Positions 50,905-64,000 are shown, counted from the stretch's first letter. The stretch is DNA of 64,000 bases from Eledone cirrhosa (GCA_964016885.1 OZ024742.1:140306001-140370000), one strand, 5' to 3'. Program-made: numbers and translations. The notes: generated by a model from the sequence alone, not told the origin.

Positions 50905-53620
50905 ATTAAGCTTAGATTAGTTGTAGGCAGGAGACTACTGACAATCATCTCTGTCTATGCTCCCCAAGCAGGCCTAGGCAAAGATGAGAAAGACTGCTTT
51001 TACAAGCAACTTTTACAAACAACTGCAATGACAGAGGACGGAGACATCGTTATGCGAGCAGCGGACTTCAATGGTCATGGTGGGCACGGTTACGGCTCAA
51101 GAAATGAAGAAGGAGTGAGACTTCTTGAATTTTGTGATGCAAGTACACTGACTATTTGCAACATAAACTTCCAGAAACCTGCCAATCACCTAATAACCTA
51201 CAAATCTGGTGAGCACATAAGCCAGATTGACTTCTTACCAGTTAGGCAGCGGGACAGGCAGATAGTGTCTAATACCAAAGCATACCCTGGGGAAGAATGT
51301 ACCCCACAGCATAGGTTAGTCGTTAGTGATATCTCAGTAAGCAAGAGATGGAATGAGACATACAGGAAGGTGTGGAGAAGAAAGGTCTGGAAGCTAAAAG
51401 ACCTTTCACTAAAATACAAATTTAGGAAAGCCCTTCAAGATGTATATGACGAAAAAGAAGACGATTTGAGACGAATGACATAGATAATAACTGGAATTTC
51501 TTATGTGACAACTTACTGCAGGCTACTGATGGTCACTCTCTGTCTGGTTGGAGCAGAGCTCCAACCAGACAGAGAGTGACTTGGTGGTGGAACAGCACAG
51601 TAGATAAGGCCATTAGAGACAAAAGACTAGCATGGAAGGCTTGGAAAAAGGGTGGGAGTAGGGAAGAATATACAGCCGCTAAGAGAGAAGCTAGACGTCA
51701 GGTGTACTTAGCACGCAGGGAGGCTGAGAGTAGGAGGTTTGCCAATGTTCTGCGATAGGAAGATCAGAGGCGTGCGGTGTTCCACATTGCAAGGAAGTGT
51801 GTCGATGCAAATCAGGATGTTGTTGGAGATAAATGTGTTCGGAATGATGCCGGTGTACTTAGTGTCACGAATGATCAGAAACAGGAGGCCTGGAAATGTC
51901 ATTATGAGAGACTGATGAATGTGGAGAACAAATGGGAGAGAGAGAAATTACCCTCAGTAGATCCGACAGAGAGACCAGCTATTGAGATTGACGAATATAG
52001 GGTCGAAGAGGCGATTAAGGAAATGAAAAATGGTAAGGCTGGTTGCACGCATCATCAATCAGGTTATATATGGTGGTGTCATACCCAAAGACTGGTGCAG
52101 CCTTATTCTCATAAATTGCTACAAAGGTAAACGGGATGTTCTGGAGAGGAGCAATTATAGGGGTATAAAATTGATGGATCAGGTTATGAAAGTGGCAGAA
52201 AGAATATTAGCACAACTAATTAGAGAAAGGGTCAAACTAGATGAGATGCAGTTTGGTTTTGTGCCTGGGAAGAGTACAACAGATGCCCTCTTCTTGGTGA
52301 GACAATTGCAAGAGAGGTTCTTAGAGAAGAATAAGCCACTATACTTAGCCTTTGTTGACCTAGAGAAGGCCTTTGATAGGGTACCCCGATCTGTCATCTG
52401 GTGGTCCCTAAGGAAACTAGGTGTTGAGGAATGGCTTGTGAGGACAGTGAAAACTTTGTACAGAGGTACTCTCAGTAAAGTCAGGGTAGGAATGGAGTTT
52501 AGTGAGGAATTCCAGGTACAAGTAGGAGTACATCAAGGTTCGGTCCTCAGCCCGCTCTTGTTCATTATAGTCCTCCAAGCCATAACAGAGGAGTTTAAGA
52601 CTGGCTCTCCATGGGAACTTCTCTATGCTGACGATCTGGTTCTTATAGCAGAATCAGTAGAGGAGCTAGAGAATAAATTCTGGCTATGGAAACAGCAGTT
52701 GGAAGCAAGAGGACTGAGAGTGAACCTAGCTAAGACAAAAGTGTTGATGAGTAGAAAAGAGGACAAAACTCTGATTCCGTCAGGGGAATGGCCATGTTCG
52801 ATATGCAGAAAAGGAACTGGCATAAATTCTATAAAATGCACATAATGCAGATCCTAGGTACACAAGAGATGTAGAGGGATAGCAGGCAAACTAACAGGTA
52901 GGGAGAAATATGTATGCAGTAGATGTACAGGGAAATTAGACAGTAGAAGTCGCATTGATAGACACATTTTTCAAATGAAGGAGGGTGCTATAGAAGTGGT
53001 GGATAGCTTCCGGTACCTAGGAGATCAGATTAGCATGGGAGGGGGGTGTTCTGAGGCCATAGTATCTAGAATAAGGACGGGTTGGAAGAAGTTTAGGGAG
53101 CTGCTTCCTCTGCTGACGAAGAAGGGTTTCTCCCTGCGTATGAAAGGATGGTTATATGATGCCTGTGTGAGGAGTGCGATGCTCCATGGTAGTGAGACAT
53201 GGGCAGCAACTGCAGAGGATATGCGACGGCTTGAAAGAAATGAGGCAAGCATGCTCTGTTGGATGTGCAGTGTAAATGTGCGTGAACGACCCAGCATGAA
53301 TGTGTTGAGAGAAAAACTGTGTCTGAGAGGGATAGAATGTAGTGTACGGGAGAAGAGACTGAGGTGGTATGGACACGTGATGCGCATGGAGGATGACCGA
53401 TGGGTGAAGAAGTGCCAAGAAATGCCAGTTAAAGGAAGACGTGGTAGAGGTAGACCACGAAAAACATGGGCGGAGGTGGTGAGAACAGACCTCAGATCGT
53501 TGAAGCTCCCGGTGGAGATGAGGAAGGACCATGACGAGTGGAGAGATGCTGTGCTGAATAAGACCCATCCCACCCTTGCAAGCAGGGAAGAGTGGACGTA
53601 AAATGATGATGATGATGATG
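50905..53620 (+). mobile_element. RTE LINE subfamily 2, near-complete but disrupted ORF (APE, RT, PHD-like finger), (GAT)n tail
   Basis: SVYAPQ, ADFNGH, SQIDF, PQHRLV; AFVDLEKAFDRV, GVHQGSVLSPLLF, LYADDL; FRYLG, LRWYGHV, GRPRKTW; stop at 53599-53601. Confidence 0.95.
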
Positions 53621-53774
53621 TCTCTCTCTATATAAATATATATATTTGTGTATATTTATGTGTATATATATATATATGTATGTATATGTATGTGTCTATA
53701 TATATATATACATATATGAAATTGAAAAAGTGAAGAATAACATGGTCAACAGTATAAACAAGGAAATTTATTTA

Positions 53775-53884
53775 CAGTCTAACAAATGTTTCTATGATGG
53801 AGTTGTCTAAAAATTGCTAAACACTGAAGTTAGTGGCACTCAATTTAAAATACATGCAACCTCTATGATTTCGTCAGAGAACTG
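53775..53884 (-). ncRNA. Degenerate type I hammerhead motif
   Basis: CAGUUCU-CUGACGA-...-GAAAC-AUUU-GUU-AGACUG; base of stem II poorly paired. Confidence 0.5.
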
Positions 53885-54174
53885 AGAAAAAATACAAAAT
53901 ATATGCGTAACGGTAAATTTATAAATTCAAATTACTACATCAATAATAATATTAATAATAAAGATATAGAGAGAAATAAAGGAAGGGGAAAGGAGGGGGA
54001 AAAAGAAAGACGAAAGAGAAAAGGAAAATACAGTTAAATGCATAACTGGCAAAATTACGAAATCAATATACATATATATATATATATAATATTGAGATAA
54101 GCGGAGCAAGCAAAATTCAAACAATTTTTTTAAATAAATAAAAAAATATAATTTAAATATTTACCTATTCCAAT

Positions 54175-54257
54175 TGCTTTTACCGACGGTTTCACTTCAC
54201 AAAAGATTGGATATCCCTAGAGACTTCCAATGGAAAAGTTTAGATCATCAGAAAGCA
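54175..54257 (-). ncRNA. Type I hammerhead motif
   Basis: UGCUUU-CUGAUGA-...-GAAACCGUCGGUA-AAAGCA; perfect 6-bp stem I, quasi-palindromic stem III; base of stem II weak. Confidence 0.6.
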
Positions 54258-54403
54258 TTTTCCTTTCCTAGGACAAAAAATCCCAGGAACGGCAAAATAT
54301 ATTGCCATCTGCCAGCTAGCACAGGATTATATATATATATATATATACATATATATATGTATATATATGTATATATATGTGTCATATATATATATATATA
54401 TAA

Positions 54404-54456
<53 letters not shown>

Positions 54457-54474
54457 CACATAAATATACACACT

Positions 54475-54519
<45 letters not shown>

Positions 54520-54990
54520 ATATTTATGCGTCTATATATATATGTGTGTATATGTATATATATATATATAGGAAGCTCCATTTTCTTCCTACCCCACTCA
54601 TTTAATTTTTTCGTTCTTGTTCTACTATCTCTCAATCCCACCACGACCACCACCACCACCACCATTTTCTCTGTTGTAGCTAGTAAGAGTGTGTGATTTA
54701 TCTAGCAGATTAATTACTGTAGCAGCAGCTGGTTTCATTTTGATGCTAACGTTGGCTTCTTATAAATATTCTTCCTTTTTGTGACTGTATTTCATTAGAG
54801 AAAGTTAATTGTCTGTACCACCTTTAATAGTGGATGAATATTTACCTTAAATAATGGTAAGAAATAATATTCCTTTTCTCTGATGCTTCCTTCCTATGTT
54901 CAGGTCTCTACATAAGACTGAATATTTGTATATAGTTGGTATGTTGTTATTGTGCAGACTAAACCTGTAATATATTCATTTGCTCTCTCA

Positions 54991-55113
<123 letters not shown>

Positions 55114-55127
55114 CTTATGTATATATT

Positions 55128-55244
55128 AGGAAAAGAAATTGAAAATGCAACTAGTGTATTTTAAGAATATTATTTATTTACCTTACCAGTTTTCTTACTA
55201 AATATTCTTAAAAGACTCCAGTTGCATTTTCAATTTCTTTTCCT
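55128..55244. repeat. Fold-back inverted repeat in a TA-flanked island
   Basis: AGGAAAAGAAATTGAAAATGCAACT..TTTTAAGAATATT / AATATTCTTAAAA..AGTTGCATTTTCAATTTCTTTTCCT. Confidence 0.85.
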
Positions 55245-55338
55245 TATACTTTCACCCACGTAGGACATCTCGTTTCTTTCTTTTTTTAAAAAAAACCCTA
55301 ATTTTCTGATATATATACATACACATATATACACATAC

Positions 55339-55387
<49 letters not shown>

Positions 55388-55528
55388 TCATCATCATCAT
55401 CATCATCGTTTAACGTCCATGTTCCACGCTTGCATGGGTTTGGATGGGAGTTTTCCCACTTGAGGCAAGAGTGGTTGTCTTGCTCGCATAGGACTGTCTG
55501 GCGGGTTTTCTACAGCTGGATGCCCTTC

Positions 55529-55561
<33 letters not shown>

Positions 55562-55769
55562 CAGACACATACATACAAACATATATGTGTATGTGCGTGT
55601 GTGCATCTGTATATATCACATGTCCATACTACCGCAGTCTTCGCTCTTGCACGCTATATCCAATTCCTCTTATGCCAAGTTTTTCTGTTTGCTTATGCTA
55701 TGTCGCATTATATATTTATATATGTATGTATATGTATATATATATATGTATGTATATTTATATACATAC

Positions 55770-56106
55770 GGAGGCACATGGCTTAGTGGTTAGAACCTTG
55801 CAATCAAAAGGTTGTGAGTACAATTCTCAGACCGGGTGATGTGTTGTTTCCTTGAGCAAGACACTTTATTTCACATTGCTCCAGTTTAGTCAGCTGTAGA
55901 AATGAGATGATAGGGACTGGGGTCCCTATCATTCCACTGCAAAGTGGTCGTGGAGGTGCCACGGCAAAAAAGCACCCAGCACTCACTGTGAATGAGGTTG
56001 GTGTTAGGAAGGGCATCCAGCTGTAGAAATCAAGCCAGAATCAGTTCCCGTCCCACCCTTGCAAGCAGGGAAAAGTGGACGTAAAATGAAATGATGATGA
56101 TGATGA
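55770..56106 (+). mobile_element. SINE family A, nearly full length
   Basis: GGAGGCACATGGCTTAGTGGTTAG head, CCTTGAGCAAGACACTTT segment, RTE tail + (GAT)n. Confidence 0.92.
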
Positions 56107-56117
56107 TACATATATAT

Positions 56118-56482
56118 ATCATCATCACCATTTAAAATCCATTTTTCCATGCTAGCATGGGTTTGATGAGTTGCCTTGTTGTGAGAGAAGCCAGGACAGA
56201 TGACCATGTCTTTTTTCATACAGAACTGTCTTTGGTTTGGTTTCTAAGGTTGGATTCCCTTCTTAACACTAACCACATTTACTGTGTGTGCTGGATATTT
56301 TTTGTCATGACCCCTACACGACCATTTTACAGTGTAGACTGGGCACTTTTGTAGTGTCACTTACACAACTTTACAGTGTGGGCTGGGTGGTTTTTGTCAT
56401 GAACCTTCATAACCACTTTACAGTGTGGGTTGGGCACTTATTATAGTGTCACCTACATGACTACTTTACAGTGTGGGCTGGG
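56118..56482 (-). repeat. SINE-related segment with ~46-bp tandem units
   Basis: About 5 repeats of CCACTTTACAGTGTGGGCTGGG..TTTT.TGTCA. Confidence 0.7.
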
Positions 56483-56753
56483 GACTTGGGTGAGGGGAGG
56501 TGTGTGGTGATCGGCGAGGTAGATCTAGGGCGTGTGTCAGGGGGTGGACTGATCAGGTGGAGTGATGTGGACAAAGGGAGAGTTGTTAGGACATGAAGGG
56601 GTATGGAAGGGGAAGAGAGAAGTTAGTGCATACATGATGTATGCTTCAACCCGTGTACATGGGAAGGCGGGCCATATGTATTAGGCAATGTTTCGTGGCC
56701 AACGACTCCATAGAATCGAATGTTGGTTCACACACACAACACACATGTAATTA

Positions 56754-59700
56754 TCTATATCTGATATAAAAGAGAGATGTTTGTCAGTTTTTGTTTTTGT
56801 GTGAAGACACCAACCAATCTCTTCTGATAAAATTTATGCTATTTGAAATTAATCTACGGTGTATATTAGCTTTTTGAGGATATTGCTGTATGTTCGTTAC
56901 TGACTAAATTCCAGTCAAGTGTCAACCTCTCTAGGGCTGCTATATAAGATTGCATGATCGGTTGCTGTGTTGCATTTATTTGTATTTTTTACACTGCTTT
57001 GTATTGTTTTGTTTTTCATGATATTTTCCAAGAACATTAATTTCAACATGCCATCAAAACACCGCTCATCTATCGGGATAGCTACTAGGTCTGCCAAACG
57101 GATGAAATCTTCACATGAAAGAGAAAATCAAGAACAATATGAAAATAGACTTGAGAGTAAAAAGACAAGGCACAAGAATGATTATCACAACACTCTGATA
57201 TTCAGCAGAATATGAGGTAGAAAACAGAAAGATTAAGACAAGAAAAATGATCACAAATTTCTGAAAGTGAACAGAACCTGACACAGGAAACAGAAAGATT
57301 CAGATAAGAAGAAAGATGATCATAAGTTTATGAAAGTGAACAGAACCTGAGACTGGAAACAGAAAGATTTAGGCAAGAAGAAAGACAATTGCTACAAACA
57401 GAGGCTGAAATTGAAAATCACCAAGAAGCAATGAGAGTTGTGATGCAAACTTGATGTGCTCAAAGGAAGAATAAACTGGCTAAGAGTTGCATTTTCATAT
57501 GATCCATCAAGAAATTATAGAAATGATCCTAAAGTCGTGATTGGTTGCATGGACATTACATGCAGTTGTGGTGGAGCCAGAAAATGGAAAAGAGAAACAC
57601 TTGTCATGTATTTCTTAGGAGGAAAGTTCAGACTTCCACTGATAGAAGACCCTCCACCTTTTATTCGTACACTGATTACAGACTATACTAATGAAGCTAG
57701 ACACTTTAGGAGCAATGTTATGTGGTATAATACTACATTTTAGATTGTCCTTTGGAGCAAAAAAAGATCATACTGACTATGGTTATTTTACATTTAAAAT
57801 CTATGGACAATGTTACCATTTAATCAGCAGTTTACTCCCCCAGCCTAATGAGGAACCAAAATTTATTCAAATTTACTTTTTGATCTTCAGCTACAAGTTA
57901 TAAGCAGTCTGCAAAATTTGCTTCATGAAAACCATCATTACATAAAAGTATTCAAATTAGCCATATAAAAAAAATGCAAACCCCATGTATAAAATTATTA
58001 TCAGACCTGATGAAAAACCAACAAAATAACACAAAAGGCGTTATAACAAACCACTGGAAGATGAAGTGGCTGTACTGATGGTCAATGAACAACATGGATC
58101 CAGAGACATCATTTACGAAGAATTGCGAAGACACACAGTATCCTTTGATTTTTTTTGATTTTAAGAGGTCAGATGGATACAATTTCGCCTTAAGACGAGT
58201 AAACCCCAACAGAGGTGAGGAAACTGTTGCAAAGACTTTTATTCATTTCACTTCTTGGTAAGAGATTGCTTTAACCATATCCTAAGAATGAAAACACTTA
58301 CAAGCCAAATAATGGTTGATGTTTGTGCCAAAATTGAAGCTGAATGGTTGGCTTTCATTAAAAACAACCAAACTAAACCAAGAAATACGATTTTAACTGA
58401 TGGAATGAATCCTTCCAGTGTTGGTCAGTCAGTCATTCTGCCATCTAGTTTCAAAGGCAGATCTTTTCATTACATTTACATGCAATCCTATGTGGCCTGA
58501 AATTCAAAATAAACTGTTTGAACACCAAGATGCAAAAGATAGACATGACATCATTGCCAGAGTTTTCAATAAAAAGCAGATGATCTTGATGTGGCTGCTA
58601 AAAGATGGACAAACCTTTGGTGAACTAAGATGTTGGCTTTACACTATTGAATGGCAGAAAAAAGGTCTTCCTCATTCCCACATGCTAATTTGGTGTACAG
58701 ATCATATTCACTCAAATGAAATTGATGAAATTATAAGCACCAGATTGCCCAATCCTGAAAAAGACACAACTATTTGCCATTATCTCAAAACAAATGATAC
58801 ATGGTCGATGGATCGATGTGGCAGTATCAACCCTAAGTGTGTATGCATGAAAGGTAACAAATGTGAAAAAGATATCCAAAGCCTTTTCAACAAGAAACTG
58901 TAACTGGAGATGACTGATATCCTCAATACAGATGGAGAAGCCATAACTTTGGTGGGAAAACTTTAATTATCAAGTTACGAGGTCAAGATATTCAGGTTGG
59001 TAACAATTGGGCCGTTCTCTACAATCCTGTCCTCAGCAAAATCCTTGATACTCACATCAATTGTGAGTACAGCACACCAGTCAAATCAATTAAGTATGTT
59101 TGTAAATATGTCAACAAAGGTAGGGATATGGCAATCTTTGCTATTGGTGGTGCTAACCAATTGAATGAAATTAAAACATCCCTAACAGGAAAATACATTT
59201 CTAGTAATGAAGCCATATGGAGAATCTTTGGTTTTGACATACACAATAGAAACTCAGCTGTAGTAAACCTTGCTGTCCACTTGTAAAATGGTCAGAGGGT
59301 ATATTACACTGAAGAAAATGCACAGTTGATGGCTGAGTCTCCTCCAGACAACTCTCATTGCTTTTTTAAAGCTTTGTAGAGAAGATGCCTTTGCTAAAAC
59401 CTTGCTTTATCATGAGATTCCCACATTCTATACACAGAATAAAAAGAAATGGAGCAAATGAAAGATAGGCAATCATGTGGATGGCTATCAATACATCAAA
59501 GAAAGTGGCACAATAGGAAAGGTTTACATGGTCTATCTTAGATATAGGGAATGTTTCCATTTGAGGTTACTCTTTCACACTGTTAGAGGGCCAACATCAT
59601 TTGAAAATATCAAAACTGTAGATGGAACTTCCTGTGCAATGTATGCTGTTGCACGTAAATTACTTGGCCTGCTTGAAGATGGGGAATATTGGAAAAAGAC

Positions 59701-61359
59701 ATTGGAAGAGGCAGCTACCACACAAATGCCTAAAAGGCTTTGACAGCTCTTCACTGTAATGCTCACTACATGCAATATTTCAGATCCCTTGAGTCTCTGG
59801 AAAAGCTTGCACAGGATCAAACTTCAAAACATTAGAATTGATGTAGATTTTTCTCCACTGATCTATAATGAACTTCTGACAGAAATTAACAACCACCTGA
59901 GTGGAATTGGCTGGTCCCTTAAGAATTGAGGTTCACCAGAACCTGAGGACACAGTTGCATACCATATTGCACAGGATATATTAAGGGAGACAAACCTTGA
60001 TATAAACAAGCTTAAACACTATGTCGATGAAAATGAAGAAAAGATAATTGAAAATCAAAGAATTGCTTAAGAAAAATTTTTTAACAGTATTTACTAGAAT
60101 GAAAGAGGCCTTTAATTCTTGGATGCTCCCGAAGGAACTGGTAAAACTTTCCTTATAAATCTCATTTTAGCAAAAGTAAGGCAATGAAAGCAAATTACTT
60201 TGGCTGTTGCATCAAATGGTTTTGCTTTTACCTTACTTGATGGAGGCAACATTCAAGTTGCCATTGAATGTCATAAGAGAAGAGTCTCCTTTGTGCAATA
60301 TCAAAAAGAACAGACCAAAAGCAAAGCTTTTAGAGAAATGCTCCATGATCATATGGGATGAGGCCACAATGTCACATAGGCTATTTGGGGCTCCGGACCA
60401 TTCTTTAAGAGACACTAAAGGATGTAATGAAATCATGGGAGGAGTAACAATGGTGCTTGCAGGTGACTTCAGACATATTCTCCTTTTTATTCCTAAAAGC
60501 ACAAGAACTGATATTGTAAACGCTTGCCACAAAGTCTCAACTACATGGCAACAAGTCCAGCGATTACTCTTGAGGAAAAACATGAGAGTGCAGTTATACA
60601 ATGATGCAGAAATTGATACTTTTGCAAAACAGCTAATTATACTAGGAAATGGAAATCTGCATCAAGATGAAAATGGAGAAGTCAGCTTGCCATTTTGAAA
60701 TGTTTGTAGTGCAACAAATGAACTAATTCATCAAGTATTTCCAAATGTTGCCACAAATTATATCAATCAATTACGGTATATACTATCAGGGGAGATTCAT
60801 ACATATGTCTCCATGACAAGGTTAAGCAAGCTGTTAATTATCCTGTAGAGTTACTTAATATTCTGGAACTTCATGAACTTCCTCCACACAAATTGACACT
60901 AAAGATTGGAATTCCCATAATCCTTTTGAAAAATCTGGACCCATAACATCTATGTAATGACACATGCTTAACAGTCAGGTGGATAATAAGCCATATCCTA
61001 GAGGTCACTTCAGTTTTCTGTTAGAGCCAGTTTTGCTATGACCATAAATAAAGCACAGGGTCAGAGTCTCAAAGTTGTATGATTGAATTTGAGAGAATTG
61101 GTTTTTACCAATGGACAGTTATTTGTAGGTTGTTCACAAGTCAGAACACCTAGAAATCTTCATATGCTACGCACGAGCGGTAAAATGGAAAATCTGGTGT
61201 ATGCAGAAGATTTTTTACCATTTTTTTTAATGTCATACACCATGGTCTCTACTCATACTGTAAACCAGACAATGCATCCAATACAGTCGTTTTCTTTTTT
61301 TTTTCTACTGGTCGTCTCTTATCATCTTCTATCCGGGCGGAGCTGGATACCTCAGCTAG
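56754..61359 (+). mobile_element. Full-length decayed autonomous Helitron (Rep HUH nuclease + PIF1 helicase)
   Basis: A|TC 5' end; DLFITFTCNPMWPEI, EWQKKGLPHSHMLIW, IKYVCKYVNKG; DAPEGTGKTFL, IWDEATM, LAGDFRHIL, FAMTINKAQGQSL; 3' hairpin ATCCGGGCGGAGCTGGAT + CTAG|T. Confidence 0.93.
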
Positions 61360-61362
61360 TAT

Positions 61363-61398
<36 letters not shown>

Positions 61399-62163
61399 CA
61401 TCCTCATTATCACCACCACCACCACCGTTTAACATCCATTTTCCATGCTTGCATGGGTTGGGGGGAGGGGTCCACATCATGAGACAAGCCTGGCCAGATT
61501 GGCCGCGCTATACCTTGCTCAAGCAGAATGGTAAATTTGGCCAGATGCCCTTCCTAACACCAACCACACTTACAGTGTGGAACTGGATGGCACCGTTTGA
61601 GGAGGGACAGGCCAGTTGGCTGCGCTGTGCCCTGCTCACAGCGGAACTATGATTTGGGAGCAAACCCTTACTCATAAATAAGCTGTGTTACTGAGTGGTC
61701 CTGGCATGAGCCAAGTCTGGCCTGATGGCGCCGCACCGTACTTTGCACATGGCAGGACTGCTACTGTATTTTGGGATCTGGATGGTTGCATTATGAGGGT
61801 AGTCTGGCTAGTTGATCACATCAAGCCATGCTCATTGTGGGCCCTCAGTACAGCCGTTATGAAGAGGAGCTGGGTGGTCTCACTATGAGGGAGGTTGGGC
61901 CAGTTGGCTGCGCCAAGCCTTACTCATAAAGGAGCCATGTTACAGGGTGATCCTACCATCAACCACATTTACAGTGTGGAACTGGGTGGCATTGTTATGA
62001 CATATATGTACATATATGCGTGTGGCGGTATATATCTATACTTTATCGAAACTTACCCTTAATTTACACATTTTTCTAATTTAAACTTTTTCAATTTATA
62101 CTTTTTTCTTAAGGTACTTAGTACATAATCTATTTTTCATGATTCAGATTTCTGTTGTGGTAA

Positions 62164-62256
62164 CAGAAGTCTGATGAACTTTTGATTCCAGAGTCAGGCC
62201 CAATCGATACAGATCGAATCTTGAGCTGATTAATCGTGAAACGCCCGTCACACCTG
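62164..62256 (+). ncRNA. Type I hammerhead motif in a TA-flanked island
   Basis: CAGAAGU-CUGAUGA-AC..GAUU...AAUC-GU-GAAAC-GCCC-GUC-ACACCUG; stem I imperfect. Confidence 0.55.
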
Positions 62257-62371
62257 AATATACATAAATGAAAATTTGACACCTCGTTCATACTTATTAT
62301 TATTATTACACTCTCCTTAAAACAACCCCAAAGTGCATACTGGAGAGTACGCATCATTACAATTCCATAAA

Positions 62372-62494
62372 CTATATATATATATGTGTGTGTGTATATA
62401 TGCATAATTATATATGTATATTTATATATATATATGTATATTTATATATATATATGTATATTTATATATATATATGTCTATATATATATATATA

Positions 62495-62572
<78 letters not shown>
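62372..62572. repeat. (TA)n microsatellite
   Basis: Direct reading. Confidence 0.95.
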
Positions 62573-62583
62573 CATGGCTTAAT

Positions 62584-62930
62584 ACATGGCTTAGTGGTTA
62601 GAGCATTGACTTTGCAATCGAAAGATTGTGAGTTCAATTCTCGGACCGGGTGATGTGTTGTTTCCTTGAGCAAGACACTTTGCTCCAGTTTACTCAGCTG
62701 TAGAAATGAGATGATAGGACTGGGGTCCCTATCATTCCACTGCAAAGTGGACGTGGAGGTGCCATGGCAAAAAAGCACCCATCCCACACTGTAAAGTGGA
62801 CGTGTAGGCGCTACGGAAAAAAGCTGAGGTTGGTGTTAGGAAGGGCATCCAGCTGTAGAAATCAAGCCAGAATCAGTTCCCGTCCCACCCTTGCAAGCAG
62901 GGAAAAGCGGACGTAAAATGATGATGATAT
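62584..62930 (+). mobile_element. SINE family A (variant with two internal units)
   Basis: Matches 55770 and 63315, with an extra CACTGTAAAGTGGACGTG unit. Confidence 0.88.
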
Positions 62931-63145
62931 ATATATATACTTTCAGACATATATATATAAAGACACAGATGTGGGTACAATCAAAAGAAAATGGGAACCA
63001 ACACAATGTAAAAGGTTGGAATACTTATATTAACAGTTTGGCTTATTTATGCATTACCAGTAATTTTATATATGTAAACACATCCCAATCCTTAAGTTGC
63101 TTGTAAAAAGAACCCATTCCTAATCCATACCTAGGTCAGACTGTA

Positions 63146-63652
<507 letters not shown>

Positions 63653-64000
63653 TATATATTAGTAAAAAAAAAAGAAAATGCTGACAAATTTTTCCCAGTG
63701 AAAAATAGTTTAATTAGGAATAAGTATAAATTAGTAATAAGTATTAGTTAGTATTCAGTTTTAGTTTTAAGTTTTTACCGGTTACGCATTTCTTATGCTT
63801 TTCAAAAATAATTTTGAGATAGAGTGCTCGTGAATTTTGCTCTAATCTGTATGTATATATATACATGTATATATTTATTGATATGAAGTTATACTAGTGA
63901 CTTGAGTCACTGTTATAGCTTAGCTGCTATAATCAAATATATATTTGGCATCCCTTTCATAATTTGAGTTTTGTTTCTCGCGTTTATATGATCAGTTGGA

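Noticed and set aside
49715-53620. Single twin-primed RTE insertion
   Set aside because: The two halves are different subfamilies, overlap in ORF coverage and each has its own tail

Overview
Eukaryotic, AT-rich, repeat-saturated non-coding DNA with no intact host protein-coding gene. The repeat set ((TA)n/(TATG)n megatracts, RTE LINEs with (GAT)n tails, tRNA-headed SINEs, Helitrons, mariner/maT) resembles an octopus or other mollusc genome; this is inference. Almost all long ORFs in the track are microsatellite translation artefacts or decayed transposon ORFs. The most notable structure is a young 591-bp tandem array (835-2811, about 3.3 near-identical copies) inserted into a TA microsatellite. 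Each unit carries a type I hammerhead ribozyme on the minus strand with the rare compensatory U3-A8 core and a palindromic stem III, which points to a retrozyme or Penelope-pLTR-like circular-RNA retroelement. Further hammerhead motifs lie in other TA-flanked islands, including an inverted pair in a 280-bp palindrome at about 31.5 kb. Also present are PHD-finger-containing RTE LINEs with a partner SINE, a CRE-like retroposon with a 27-bp flanking direct repeat, a full-length decayed Helitron plus derivatives, a full-length DD37D maT element and candidate recursive splice sites.
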